The notes under the pieces were generated by a model that had not been told where the DNA came from, ran no database searches, and worked only from the letters and a program-made list of their open reading frames with translations. A stretch of 64,000 nt of DNA from an uncultured delta proteobacterium (GTDB lineage: Bacteria > Myxococcota_A > Polyangia > Polyangiales > JAFGIB01), in contig CAVZVA010000003.1 of NCBI GenBank assembly GCA_963778655.1, forward strand, positions 832,001 through 896,000. Direction: 5' to 3'. Position 1 is the first letter of the stretch; the number at the start of each line of letters is the position of its first letter. Position numbers and translations under genes: made by a program. Positions 9,945 through 19,735 of the stretch are shown one piece after another.

Positions 9945-10975
9945 GAACCCTGTTCCCGGGTCCGGGCGTCGCGCGCGTCGTACGCGTCGACAATGCGCTG
10001 CACCAGCGGATGACGCACCACGTCCGCCGAGGTGAAGAAGCAGCGCGCCAGCCCCGGCACCCTGCCCAGCAGCTCGAGCGCGTCCGACAGCCCGCTGCTG
10101 GTGCTCTGCGGAAGGTCCACCTGCGTGACGTCGCCGGTGATCACCGCCTTGGAGCGCAGGCCCACGCGGGTGAGGAACATGCGCATCTGCGGCACCGAGG
10201 TGTTCTGCGCCTCGTCCAGGATGATGAAGCTGTCGTTGAGCGTGCGCCCGCGCATGAATGCCAGCGGCGCGACCTCGATCGTGCCGCGCTCGATCAGACT
10301 GTACACGCGCTGCGCCGGCAGCATGTCGTGCAGGGCATCGTACAGCGGTCGCAGGTAGGGATCGACCTTCTGCGACATGTCGCCCGGCAAGAAGCCGAGC
10401 TTCTCGCCGGCCTCGACCGCCGGACGCGTGAGGATGATGCGCTTGACGCGCTCAGAGCTGAGGGCGGCCACTGCCATCGCCATCGCCAGGTAGGTCTTGC
10501 CGGTACCGGCCGGACCGGCGCCGAAGACGATGTCGTGGGCTTCGATCGCCTGCACGTAGTGGCGCTGCGCCAGCCCGCGCGGGGTGACCTGACGCCCGCC
10601 GGCGGCGCTGACCTGGATCGGCGCCAGCACCTCGGCGAGCCTCGCCTGCGGATGATCGCGCAGCACCCTGATGCTGCTCTCGAGCTCCTCCTCGCGCACC
10701 GCGGTGCCCGCGTGCACCGCGTGCACCAACTCGGTCAGCACTCGCTCCGCCAAGTCGACGGCTTCGCGCGAGCCCTGCAGGCGTATGACGTCGCCGCGCA
10801 CGCCGGCGCTCACCCCGCACTGGCGCTCGAGCAACGGCAGGCGGCTCGCGCTCGGCCCGGTCAGCGCCATCAGCAGGGCCCGATCGGTCACCTCCACGTC
10901 CGCGGTGACCAACTCGCCGTCGTGGGGTTCCGGAGGGCTCAGCGGCGCGGCGGCAGGGGCATCGGAGGTGGGCAT
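9941..10975 (-). CDS. phoH: PhoH-family ATPase
   Basis: GPAGTGKT, RPAVEAGEKLGFLPG, APLAFMRGRTL, DEAQN. Start placed at ATG 10975. Confidence 0.93.
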   Translation of the reverse strand: MPTSDAPAAAPLSPPEPHDGELVTADVEVTDRALLMALTGPSASRLPLLERQCGVSAGVRGDVIRLQGSREAVDLAERVLTELVHAVHAGTAVREEELESSIRVLRDHPQARLAEVLAPIQVSAAGGRQVTPRGLAQRHYVQAIEAHDIVFGAGPAGTGKTYLAMAMAVAALSSERVKRIILTRPAVEAGEKLGFLPGDMSQKVDPYLRPLYDALHDMLPAQRVYSLIERGTIEVAPLAFMRGRTLNDSFIILDEAQNTSVPQMRMFLTRVGLRSKAVITGDVTQVDLPQSTSSGLSDALELLGRVPGLARCFFTSADVVRHPLVQRIVDAYDARDARTREQGS

Positions 10976-11075
10976 GTGACGAAGACGCCCCAACTGTAGC
11001 ACGCCCGGACGGCGCGCGCCTGACCTGGGGCCGGGCCGAATCCCCGCCCCCCGCCTGCCGGGGAAACGCCGGCGC

Positions 11076-14000
11076 TCAGATCCCCAGCGCGATCCCGATC
11101 CGCTTGCGCAACTCGAAGTAGTGCTCCGAGGTGCTGTAGGCCAGCAGCTCGCGCGCACGATCGCGCCGGCCCACGCTGGAGGCGTCCTCGGGGCTGGCCT
11201 CGATCACGGCGTTGGCGATCTTGAGGTCGTTGCTGAGCACGAACCCGATGCGGTCCGCGGTCAGGTCGACTCCGGCCATCCACGCCTTCATGTCGAGCTC
11301 GGGCGCCGCCTCGAGCAACTTCTGGGTCATGCTGCGCAGCGCGTCCCGCTGCGGTCCGACCAGCTGCTGGGCGATCGCGGTCACGCACTCGCGCACGTGT
11401 CCTTCCATGTTGGCGGGCGCCGGGAACTTCGGCGAGGCGGTGCGAATCGCGCCGATCAACCACGCGCGCAAGCCGGTGCCGGTCGGCACCAGCTGGCGCA
11501 GGAAGTGGCCGGGGCGGTAGTAGCTCAGGTGGCGCCCGGCCACGAACGCCAGCGCTTGCTGCGGCCCACCCGCCTTGGCGCCCTCGCCGATGCCGACCGC
11601 GGGCGGCGCGCTGAACAGGAACGACAGCCCGCCGGGATCGTGGGGGCAGTGGTAGATCGGGGGCAGGTGCGTGGTGGTGGTCTCGGCCACGTGCGCGAGC
11701 ATGCGCGCCATCGCCGTCGGATCGCTCGCGAGGTCCACGCGGTAACGCTCGTCGATCCCGAACGCCGACAGCGGCCGCGCCTGGCTCACGATCACCGCCG
11801 GCTGCAGCATGGCGAAGATCGCGGTCAAGGTGGGGTCCTGCGCGGGATGTACGAGCAGCTCGCGCCACAGATCATCGGTGATCGGCTGCTTGATCTTGGG
11901 CAGCTTGGTCAAGCGGTACTTCTTGAAGAACTTCTCCTCGTCGACGTCGGCCATCTTCAGGCAGCGCAACGCCTGGCACATGCACCACGACTCGTCGGGC
12001 TTCTTGCCGCTGGTGTAGATCTTGCGCAGAGCCTGCAACGACTCGATGCGATAGGGATCCTGGTCCAGCTGGAAGCGATGCGCCGCGACCGCGCGCTGGA
12101 AGAAGCGCTTGGGCTCCTTGGTGTAGATCGCGGTCAGCATGGCGCGCCGCGTGGTGTTCTCCGGCTCGAGCTCCAGCGCCTCCTCGTACAGGCGCAACGC
12201 GTCGTTGAGCCGATTGAGCCGGTTCTGGACGATGTCGCCGCAGGCGTCGAGCAACGCCGCCACGCGCGCGCTGTCGGCGCCGGCTTCGCGCAAGCGCGTC
12301 ACCCGCGCTTCGTAGGCGCGCTCGAGCCGCTCCCAGTCCTGGTTCTCGGTCAGGCACTGCACCAGGCCCTGGAACTGCGGATCGCCCGCGTCCGGCGCGA
12401 GGTGCGAGAGCGACTCTTCGTAGTAGTTCGCCGCCTCGTCGAAACGGCCCAGCTCTTGCTGCGCAATCACCGCCGCGGTGTTGAAGTACTTGGCCAGCTG
12501 GACCGGGTCCTTGACCATCTCGGCGATGCGCAAGATCACCTCGATCAAGCGCGGCCAGTCCTGCGCGTCCGAGTAGACCCCCATCAGCTTGGTCAGCAGA
12601 TTGCGGCTCTCCGGGTTGACGTCGAGCGCCATCACGTAGGTCTGCGACGCCGCCTCGCGATCGCGGATCTTCTCCAGGAAGACGTCGCCCGTCTGCACCA
12701 ACAGGTCGAACATCTCGTTTTCGTCGGCCGCGCGCCGCGCGCGCAGCTGCAGCAGGCTGATCACCTCGGTCCAGTTCTGCGCCAGCTCCTGGGCCCGGGT
12801 CATCACTTCGAGCGCCCCGCCGTCCTCGGGCCGCAGCTCGAACACGCGCTCGCAGGTCTCGGTCGCGCGCTTGGCGCGCTTGGTGCCGAGCTGCGCGTTG
12901 GCCAGCGCCAACAACAGCCGGATCTTGTCGTTCACGTCCAACTCGTCCGCCCACCGCTCGAGCATCTGCTCGTAGAGCCGCTCGGCCGCGGCCGGATCCC
13001 CGGCCTCCATCACCGCGTTGGCGTGGCGCTCGGCGTAGTCGAGGTCCCCGGGCAGCAGGTCGCGCGCTCGCTTGAGTGCCGCCACGGCCTTGTCTTGCTC
13101 GCCCAGCGCCTTGTAGGCGTCGGCGGCTTCCACGCACAGCTCCGCCCCGTGATCGGCATCCAGCTCGTCGATCCTCCCCAGCGCCAGCTCGAAGTGCTCG
13201 ACCGCGTCGGTCAGCCGCTGCTCTGCAAACGCGATGCGCGCCAGGCCCGCCGCCGCCGCGGTGTTGGTCGCGTCCAGGCTGAGCGCCTCCTCGAACGCGA
13301 CTCTGGCCTGCTCGGGATCCTCGAGCTGATCGCGGTAGAGCATGCCGAGCTCGCCGAGCAAGGCGGCACGCTTGAGCTCGCCCTCGGAAATCTGGATCGC
13401 GTGCACCAGCATCTCGGCGGCGCCGCGCGCGTCACCGCGCTGGCCGTAGATCTCGCGCAAAGCCTCGGCCGCCTCGGCCGTGTTGCGATCGAGGTCGAGC
13501 GCGCGCTTGTAGCGCAGGATCGCGCCGTCGCGGTCACCCGCGTCGTGCAGCAGGCGCCCGGCGCGCACCCACAGCTGCGCCTCTTTGCTCGGATCGCCGG
13601 CCTGGTCGGCCAGGCGCTCCACCGCCGCGACCGCGGCCGCCACGTCGCCCGAGGTGGTCTTGAGCCGCGCCAGCTCGCTCAGCGCCTCCGCTTGCTGCTC
13701 GTCGATCGCCAGCACCTGCTCGTACAGCTCAATCGCGCGCTCCGGCGAGCCGACGTCGACCGCGAGCACGCGCGCGCCCTGCAGCATCAGCTCGATCTTG
13801 CGCGCGTCGTCGGTGACCGTTCCGGCGTGGCGGTCGAGGGTCTCGACCAAATCCTCGAAGCGCTGCAGGTGCCGGTACAGCCGCTCGAGCGCGGCATTGG
13901 CCGCCTCGTGGCCAGCGTCGACCGAAATGATGTCCTCGAAGCGCTCGGCAGCCTGCGCGTGGTCGACGAACTCCTCCTCCAGCAGCAACCCGATGCGCTC

Positions 14001-17000
14001 GAGCAACCCGATGCGCTGCTTCGGAGTCGGCGCCAGATCGACCTGCGCGCGCAGGCTCTCGAGCAGGCCCTCGAAGCTCTGGTTGCGCGCGTGAATGCGC
14101 TCGAGCCCCTTCCAGGCGCGCAGCTCGCGCGGCTCGAGCGCGATCGCAGCCTGGTAACGCGCCACCGCCTTGTCCAGCTCGCCCAGCCGATCCTCGTACA
14201 GCTCGCCCAGCTGGAGCAGCGTCTCGGCCCGCTCCTTGCCCTTGGTCGAGCTGGCGCGGCGCTCGAGCAGCTCTCCGAGGCCGCTCCAGTCCTCCTGCTC
14301 GCGCAGGATGTCGCCGAGCTCGCGCTGCGCCTGCGGATGATCGGGGTCGTCGGCGAGGACGCGCTCGAGCTGGGCGCGCGCCTGCGCCTGATCGTTGAGC
14401 TTGTTGGCAATGATGGCCGCCGCCTCGGTGCGGTAGTCGCGGCCCCTGGGCGGGCTCTTCGCGTGGTCCGCGCGCTGCAGCAGCACGCTCGCCAGCTCCG
14501 ACCAGGCCTGCGAGCTGCGGTAGAGGTCTGCGATGCCCTCGTAGGCCCCGTCGTGGCCCGGGTCCACCGTCAGCGCCTGCGAGAAGCAGGAGAGCGCGAA
14601 GTCGAGCCGCGCCAGCCGCTCGCCGTAGAAGCGCCCCATCAGCGTGTAGGTCTGCGCCAGATCCGCCCGCTGGCGCTCGCGCTCGGACGCCGCGTCGGCC
14701 TCGTCGCGCTGCTCGAACACCGCCAGCGCGGCGCGGGCGGCGTTGAGCTCCCGCTCCGCCTGCGCGCGCTCGGCCAGCTCTTCGGCCCGCAGCTCGCCCG
14801 CGGGCACGCCCGCCGCCTGCTCGGCCGACTCGTGCTCCAACGCGTGCGCCTGCTCGGCGTGGCGCGCCTGCTCGAGCGCAGCGTCGAGCGCCTGCTGGAA
14901 CTGGACCAGCACCGCGCGCGCCTGCTCCAGCTCGGCCTCCGCCTGATCGGCCGCGGTCTCGGCTTGCTCCGCGGCCATCACCAGCGCCTCGGCCTCACCC
15001 GCGATGCGCTCGAGCTCGGCTTGTTGCTCGGGGCTGGGCTCCCCGCCCGCCTCCTGCTCGAGCTGCTCGTAGGCCTCGACCTGGGCTTCGGCGCTTGCGC
15101 GCGAAGCCTCGGCCGCCGCGCGCCCGGACTCGGCCTGCTGGGTCAGCTCGTCGGCGCGCCGCGCTGCGGTCTCGAGCTCGGCCTCGAGGTTGTCGGCTTC
15201 GGCCTGCGTCTCGGCGTAGTGCTGCTCCGCCTGCTGCAAGCGATCGCCCGCCTCGCCCTGCTGCGCCGCCAGCTCGCGCTCGCGCGCGTCGAGCAGCTCG
15301 GCCTGCACGTGCTCCAGCTGCTCGAGCGCGGCCTGGGCCTGGACCAGTCGTTCCTCGGCCGCCTGCCGCGGCAAGTCCTCCTCGGAGGCGAGCTCGGCCT
15401 GCGACTGCGCGGCTGACTGGCTCAGCATCTCCAGCACCTCGCCCCAGCGCGCCTCGACGTTGCCGGCCAGGCGCTCCACCTGCTTCAGCGCCTCGGCGTC
15501 GCGCGGATCGCTGATCAGCGCTTGCGCATAGGCGAGCAGCGCATTGTCCGGATCGCGGATCTGCTTCTCGTAGAGCGCGGCGACCTCGTGCAGCAACGGC
15601 TTGCGCGTGGCCGCGCTGGCGGTGCGCTCGATGCGGTCGAGCAGCAACCCGATCAAGCCCTCGTGATCGCCGACCGCGCGCTTCTGGCGCTCGATCCCGT
15701 GCAGCGCGACCTCGCTTTCCGGGTCCAGCTCGAGGATGCCCTGGTACGCCGCCTCGGCGCGCATCGGCTCCTTGAGCTCGGTGTCGTAGATGCGCGCAAC
15801 GCGGTATAGCAGCGCGAGCCGCTGTTCGCGGTCGCGGGTGGCGTTGGCGACCTCTTGCAGCGCCTCGGCGGCGCGCGAGAACGCGTTGGCCTCGCGCGCG
15901 ATCTCCTCCAGCCGCTCGGCCTGCGCCTCGTCGCCGGGCTGGACCAGCAAGCCGCGCCGCGCCTCCTGGAACGCGCCCTCGTCGAGCGGGCGCTGCACCA
16001 CGGGCTTGCGCGCCGCCCGATCGATCGCGTCGCGCAGCTGCGCCACGCTGTCGAAGCGCTCCTCGGGCTCCTTGGCCAGTGCGCGCAGCACGACCTCGTC
16101 GAGCGCCGCCGAGACCCAGCCCTTGCGCGCGTAGGTGGACGGCGGCTCGGGCAGGTCCGACAGATGCGCCGCGATCACGTCGATCGCGGTCTCGCCCTCG
16201 TAGGGCGGCCTGCCGGTGAGCGTCTCGTACATCAAGGTGCCCATCTGGTAGATGTCGGTGCGCTCGTCGGGCTCGAGCCCACGCGCCTGCTCGGGCGCGA
16301 TCGCCTTGGCGGTGCCGAGCACGGGCAGCAGGCCGGTGGTCGCGGCCTCGAGCTTGGTGCGCGTGAACAGCCGGTCGCCGCCTCCGTCGACCAGCACCCC
16401 GACCGCCTCGCCGCCGCCTTCGTCGCTGGCTGGACGCACCACAAACACGTTTTCGGCCTTGACGTCGCCGTGCAGCAGGCCGCGCCGGTGCAGCGTGGCC
16501 AGGCCTTCCAGCACGCCCACGAAGATCGGCCGCGCCTCGTTGATGTGCAGGCCGCCGTTGCGCTTGATCCGCTGCGCCAGGGTCTGTCCGCTCAGATAGG
16601 CCGCGGCCACCCAGGGCCTGGCATCGTCGAGCTGGCCGACGCCGAGGATCGGCGCGAGACCGGGTGACTGCAGCGACTGCATGATGCGCGTGACCGTGGT
16701 GAAGCGGTGCACCGCCCCGCGGTCGCGCGCGAATTGCGGGCGGATCACCTTGAGCGCGGCGCGCCGCTGCTCGCCGCCCTCGCCCTCACCCTCGGCCAGG
16801 TAGACGATGCTGAGCCCGCCCTCGCCTATCTTCTTGACCACCCGCAGGCCGCCAACCCGCGTGCCCGGCCGCAGCTCGCCGTTGGGCGCAGCCCGCACCG
16901 CCGCGCGCAGACCGGCGTCCGCGCGGTCGCTCGATAGCATGATCGCGTCGACCAGGGCGTCGAGCGCCTCCTGATCCACGCAATAGCCCACCAGCGAGCG

Positions 17001-17144
17001 AGCGAAGGCTCCCTTGCTGGCGGTGCCGCCGACCCGCTCCGGGTCGAACCCGAGCAGCGCGGCGCTCAGTTGCATCATCTCGTCGAGCTCGAACAGACGC
17101 TCGAGCTCGCCTTGTAAAACGTCAGTCGCGGAATCGGTTGCCAT
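11076..17144 (-). CDS. Giant Ser/Thr kinase-like protein with N-terminal helical (EAD-like) domain, coiled coil and long TPR array (AgmK/GltI-like)
   Basis: GEGGLSIVY, AALK, HGDVKAEN, APE, DIYQMG, followed by more than 1000 aa of TPR-like repeats. Start at ATG 17144 (alternative 17201). Confidence 0.85.
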   Translation of the reverse strand: MATDSATDVLQGELERLFELDEMMQLSAALLGFDPERVGGTASKGAFARSLVGYCVDQEALDALVDAIMLSSDRADAGLRAAVRAAPNGELRPGTRVGGLRVVKKIGEGGLSIVYLAEGEGEGGEQRRAALKVIRPQFARDRGAVHRFTTVTRIMQSLQSPGLAPILGVGQLDDARPWVAAAYLSGQTLAQRIKRNGGLHINEARPIFVGVLEGLATLHRRGLLHGDVKAENVFVVRPASDEGGGEAVGVLVDGGGDRLFTRTKLEAATTGLLPVLGTAKAIAPEQARGLEPDERTDIYQMGTLMYETLTGRPPYEGETAIDVIAAHLSDLPEPPSTYARKGWVSAALDEVVLRALAKEPEERFDSVAQLRDAIDRAARKPVVQRPLDEGAFQEARRGLLVQPGDEAQAERLEEIAREANAFSRAAEALQEVANATRDREQRLALLYRVARIYDTELKEPMRAEAAYQGILELDPESEVALHGIERQKRAVGDHEGLIGLLLDRIERTASAATRKPLLHEVAALYEKQIRDPDNALLAYAQALISDPRDAEALKQVERLAGNVEARWGEVLEMLSQSAAQSQAELASEEDLPRQAAEERLVQAQAALEQLEHVQAELLDARERELAAQQGEAGDRLQQAEQHYAETQAEADNLEAELETAARRADELTQQAESGRAAAEASRASAEAQVEAYEQLEQEAGGEPSPEQQAELERIAGEAEALVMAAEQAETAADQAEAELEQARAVLVQFQQALDAALEQARHAEQAHALEHESAEQAAGVPAGELRAEELAERAQAERELNAARAALAVFEQRDEADAASERERQRADLAQTYTLMGRFYGERLARLDFALSCFSQALTVDPGHDGAYEGIADLYRSSQAWSELASVLLQRADHAKSPPRGRDYRTEAAAIIANKLNDQAQARAQLERVLADDPDHPQAQRELGDILREQEDWSGLGELLERRASSTKGKERAETLLQLGELYEDRLGELDKAVARYQAAIALEPRELRAWKGLERIHARNQSFEGLLESLRAQVDLAPTPKQRIGLLERIGLLLEEEFVDHAQAAERFEDIISVDAGHEAANAALERLYRHLQRFEDLVETLDRHAGTVTDDARKIELMLQGARVLAVDVGSPERAIELYEQVLAIDEQQAEALSELARLKTTSGDVAAAVAAVERLADQAGDPSKEAQLWVRAGRLLHDAGDRDGAILRYKRALDLDRNTAEAAEALREIYGQRGDARGAAEMLVHAIQISEGELKRAALLGELGMLYRDQLEDPEQARVAFEEALSLDATNTAAAAGLARIAFAEQRLTDAVEHFELALGRIDELDADHGAELCVEAADAYKALGEQDKAVAALKRARDLLPGDLDYAERHANAVMEAGDPAAAERLYEQMLERWADELDVNDKIRLLLALANAQLGTKRAKRATETCERVFELRPEDGGALEVMTRAQELAQNWTEVISLLQLRARRAADENEMFDLLVQTGDVFLEKIRDREAASQTYVMALDVNPESRNLLTKLMGVYSDAQDWPRLIEVILRIAEMVKDPVQLAKYFNTAAVIAQQELGRFDEAANYYEESLSHLAPDAGDPQFQGLVQCLTENQDWERLERAYEARVTRLREAGADSARVAALLDACGDIVQNRLNRLNDALRLYEEALELEPENTTRRAMLTAIYTKEPKRFFQRAVAAHRFQLDQDPYRIESLQALRKIYTSGKKPDESWCMCQALRCLKMADVDEEKFFKKYRLTKLPKIKQPITDDLWRELLVHPAQDPTLTAIFAMLQPAVIVSQARPLSAFGIDERYRVDLASDPTAMARMLAHVAETTTTHLPPIYHCPHDPGGLSFLFSAPPAVGIGEGAKAGGPQQALAFVAGRHLSYYRPGHFLRQLVPTGTGLRAWLIGAIRTASPKFPAPANMEGHVRECVTAIAQQLVGPQRDALRSMTQKLLEAAPELDMKAWMAGVDLTADRIGFVLSNDLKIANAVIEASPEDASSVGRRDRARELLAYSTSEHYFELRKRIGIALGI

Positions 17145-17227
17145 GGGTATGACCTCGGATGCTTCGAGCGGGGGCCGGCGCTGCCCATCCTGCCAAGACA
17201 CGCGGCCCCTTGGTGCTACGGATCGCC

Positions 17228-17343
17228 TCTACACATGCCAAGGGAGACCACGGAGTATAGCGTAGGGATGTGTACGGAATCTACACATGTTCTACACGAA
17301 CATCCGATGCTCCACCCCAAATTCCTCGCACCCCATGTGGAGA
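17228..17343. promoter_or_regulatory. Clustered TCTACACATG-type repeats around a putative -10 (TATACT, minus strand 17254-17259) upstream of the giant kinase
   Basis: TCTACACATG at 17228 and 17280, TCTACACG at 17291, inverted ATGTGTA at 17268, CATGTGGAGA at about 17334. Confidence 0.45.
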
Positions 17344-17370
17344 CGGATCATACCCCAAACTGGAGACGTC

Positions 17371-17715
17371 CTAGCGTGTGAAAGCCCGGGGCAGGAGCAC
17401 CACCGCCTCGCTCTCGGACCCCAGCTCCATGCGGATGCAGATCTGGCAGCCGAGCCGCTGGTCGGGCCCGGCGCCGAGCTGCTGCAGAGTCGCGCGCTCC
17501 CGCTGAAGGGGCGGTTGCAACGCCTCCGCTCCAGCCACCACCTGCAACAGACAGGCCCCGCAATTGGCCGCCCGGCACGCGGTCGGCAGGCCCAGCCCGG
17601 GCTGCTCGTCGAGCGCGTCGAGCACGCGCTCACCGGCCGCCACTTGCAGCGACGCGGCCGCGGCCCCGGGCCCCAGCAGGCGCACGCGCACCGCGGCTGC
17701 GCGCGGCCCGCTCAC
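17371..17715 (-). CDS. 2Fe-2S ferredoxin-like protein
   Basis: CRAANCGAC...RLGCQ motif. GTG start overlaps the stop of the upstream TPR gene (GTGA). Confidence 0.8.
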   Translation of the reverse strand: MSGPRAAAVRVRLLGPGAAAASLQVAAGERVLDALDEQPGLGLPTACRAANCGACLLQVVAGAEALQPPLQRERATLQQLGAGPDQRLGCQICIRMELGSESEAVVLLPRAFTR

Positions 17716-18440
17716 GTGGCCGGGGGCTCGGTGGTGGCCGGCGGGTTGCGCGCCATCCGCAGGTACATCTCCGCGGACTTGTTCTGGGGATCGCGCCGCA
17801 GCGCTTCCTCCCACACCTTGATCGCTTCGTGGCGCTGCCCGCTCACCAGCAGCAGCACGCCCAGCGCCACGCGCGCCGGCCCGTAGTCGGGCCGCGTCGC
17901 GATCGCTTCCTCCAGCTCGTAGCGCGCCGCGCTCAGATCGCCCATCTGCCGGTAGACCTGGGCGAGCCTGACGCGGATGTCCGCGAACTGCGGGCACAGC
18001 CGGATCGCCCCCCGATATTGCTGCACCGCCTCGTTGGCCATGTCCAGCTCGAGATAGGCGGCGGCCAGCTCGGCGTGCAGGTTGGCGATCTTGCCCTTGG
18101 CAAAGGGATCGACCTGCTGCTCGCCGCGCGCATCGCGGCGGATCGCGCCGAGATACACCTCCTGGGCGTGCTCGTAGTCGCCGAGGTCGTTGTAGGTCAC
18201 GGCGAGATTGAGCGCGGCCTCGGTGTAGCTCGGGTTGATGTCGAGCGCGCGCCGGAACGCCTCGCGCGCCTCGTCGAGCCGTCCTTTGTCATGATGGATC
18301 ACGCCCATCATGTTGTAGATGTCGGCAAAGCGCAGGCCGGAGGCTGTGAGCTTGGAGAGGTAGCGCTCGGCCTTGTCGTACTCGCGCTTCTCGTAGTGCT
18401 CTCGGCCCAGGGCCACCGCCTGTTTGAGCTTGTCGTCCAT
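17712..18440 (-). CDS. TPR protein
   Basis: Several canonical TPRs (FADIYNMMGVIHHDKG, YTEAALNLAVTYNDLG). Confidence 0.85.
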   Translation of the reverse strand: MDDKLKQAVALGREHYEKREYDKAERYLSKLTASGLRFADIYNMMGVIHHDKGRLDEAREAFRRALDINPSYTEAALNLAVTYNDLGDYEHAQEVYLGAIRRDARGEQQVDPFAKGKIANLHAELAAAYLELDMANEAVQQYRGAIRLCPQFADIRVRLAQVYRQMGDLSAARYELEEAIATRPDYGPARVALGVLLLVSGQRHEAIKVWEEALRRDPQNKSAEMYLRMARNPPATTEPPAT

Positions 18441-18511
18441 CCAGGCTCCCGGCGCCGCCACTCCCGGCTAGCTCCCGTCCACGAGCGCGCGTGCGTAAGG
18501 ACGCAGATTCG

Positions 18512-18575
18512 CAGGAAGACGGGCAGACGGGAAGGAAACGGGTGCTTTCCGTCCTCCCGTCTTGCTGTCTTCCCG
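18512..18575. repeat. Palindromic repeat family A, copy 2
   Basis: CAGGAAGACGGGCAGACGGGAAG ... CTCCCGTCTTGCTGTCTTCCCG. Confidence 0.75.
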
Positions 18576-18709
18576 TTGAGTCCTCGAGCAGGCCCGAGAA
18601 CGAGGGAATACTGCAAAGATTTCGAGGTCGTGCGACATCGCGCCAGGCCCACCGAGGCGGATCAACTGCAGCGTCCTCGGTAGAGCGTAGCCCGCCGCTG
18701 CGGCCCCAA

Positions 18710-19558
18710 TCAACCGCCGAGATCGTGCAGCTCGTCCCTGGCGTCGTCGGCGTGTGGGTCCTTGGGGTAGTGCGCGACCAGCTCCTGGAACGCGCGGCGG
18801 GCGCCCTTGGGGTCTCGCATCTGTCGATGGCTCTGGCCGAGCAGGTAGAGCGCCTCGGCGTCGAAGCCGCTGCCGGGATAGCTGCGAAGCAGGGTGTTGA
18901 GCCGACCGGCCGCCGCCCGCGGATGGCCGCGGTCGAAGTAGAACTTCGCCACGTACATCTCGTGCGCCGCCAGCAGATGGACCACGGCCTGCGCCATGCG
19001 CTGCGCCCGCGGCACCAGCTGGTCGTCCGGGAAGTCCAGGATGAAGCGACGCAGCAGGCTCAGGCTCTCGTGCGCGTAGTGCTGGTCGCGCTCGTAGGCG
19101 GGCGGCGACAGCAGCCACTCGCTGGGGATCTGCTTGTAGTTCGCCAGCGCCGCCATGAAGCGGGCGTACGGCACCTCGGGGTGCGAGGGGCGGTAGCGCA
19201 CGAACTGGTTGTAGCCCTCAATCGCCTCCAGGTACTTGCCGTCCTTGAGGTTGCAGTCGGCGATGCGCAGGTCCGCGAGCGCGGCGAAACGACTGTAGGG
19301 GTAGTTGCGCCGTACGTTGCGAAGCAACGGCCCGGCCTCGAAGCAGTCGTCGTCGTAGAACTCGTCGAGCGCCTGGGCATAGGCGTTGCGAGCGTTGGCC
19401 GCGTAGCTGAGCTTGCCGCTGGCGTTGCCGCCGGCGCAGCCGCCCCCGGCGCCCGCGCAAAGGACGCAGAGCCAGAGTGGGGCCAGCCCGCGGCGGCCCG
19501 GTGCCAGCGCGGCGAGCAGGCGCAGGGGGGGCGTGAGCGCGTGCGAGGTGGATGACAC
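18710..19558 (-). CDS. bamD: Outer-membrane assembly factor BamD
   Basis: YPYSRFA..ADLRIAD, FVRYRPSHPEVPYARF, ERDQ, LAAHEMYVAKFY. Start uncertain. Confidence 0.85.
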   Translation of the reverse strand: MSSTSHALTPPLRLLAALAPGRRGLAPLWLCVLCAGAGGGCAGGNASGKLSYAANARNAYAQALDEFYDDDCFEAGPLLRNVRRNYPYSRFAALADLRIADCNLKDGKYLEAIEGYNQFVRYRPSHPEVPYARFMAALANYKQIPSEWLLSPPAYERDQHYAHESLSLLRRFILDFPDDQLVPRAQRMAQAVVHLLAAHEMYVAKFYFDRGHPRAAAGRLNTLLRSYPGSGFDAEALYLLGQSHRQMRDPKGARRAFQELVAHYPKDPHADDARDELHDLGG

Positions 19559-19735
19559 GCTGCGTGCTCTACCCCGTTCGAGAGCCCATTTCCACTTGCC
19601 CGTGGCCGGGGTAAAACCGGCCTCCGGGTCGCGACTCGCGCCCGCATGGCGGGGCTGAACAAAGCCGTGCCGCCACCCGTCGCAGCCGGGGGATCGAGGC
19701 CGCACCCGAATACTCCGGGCATCAAGGTAAAACAC

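Noticed and set aside
11121..15416. 1431-aa plus-strand ORF
   Set aside because: Antisense shadow of the kinase-TPR gene.
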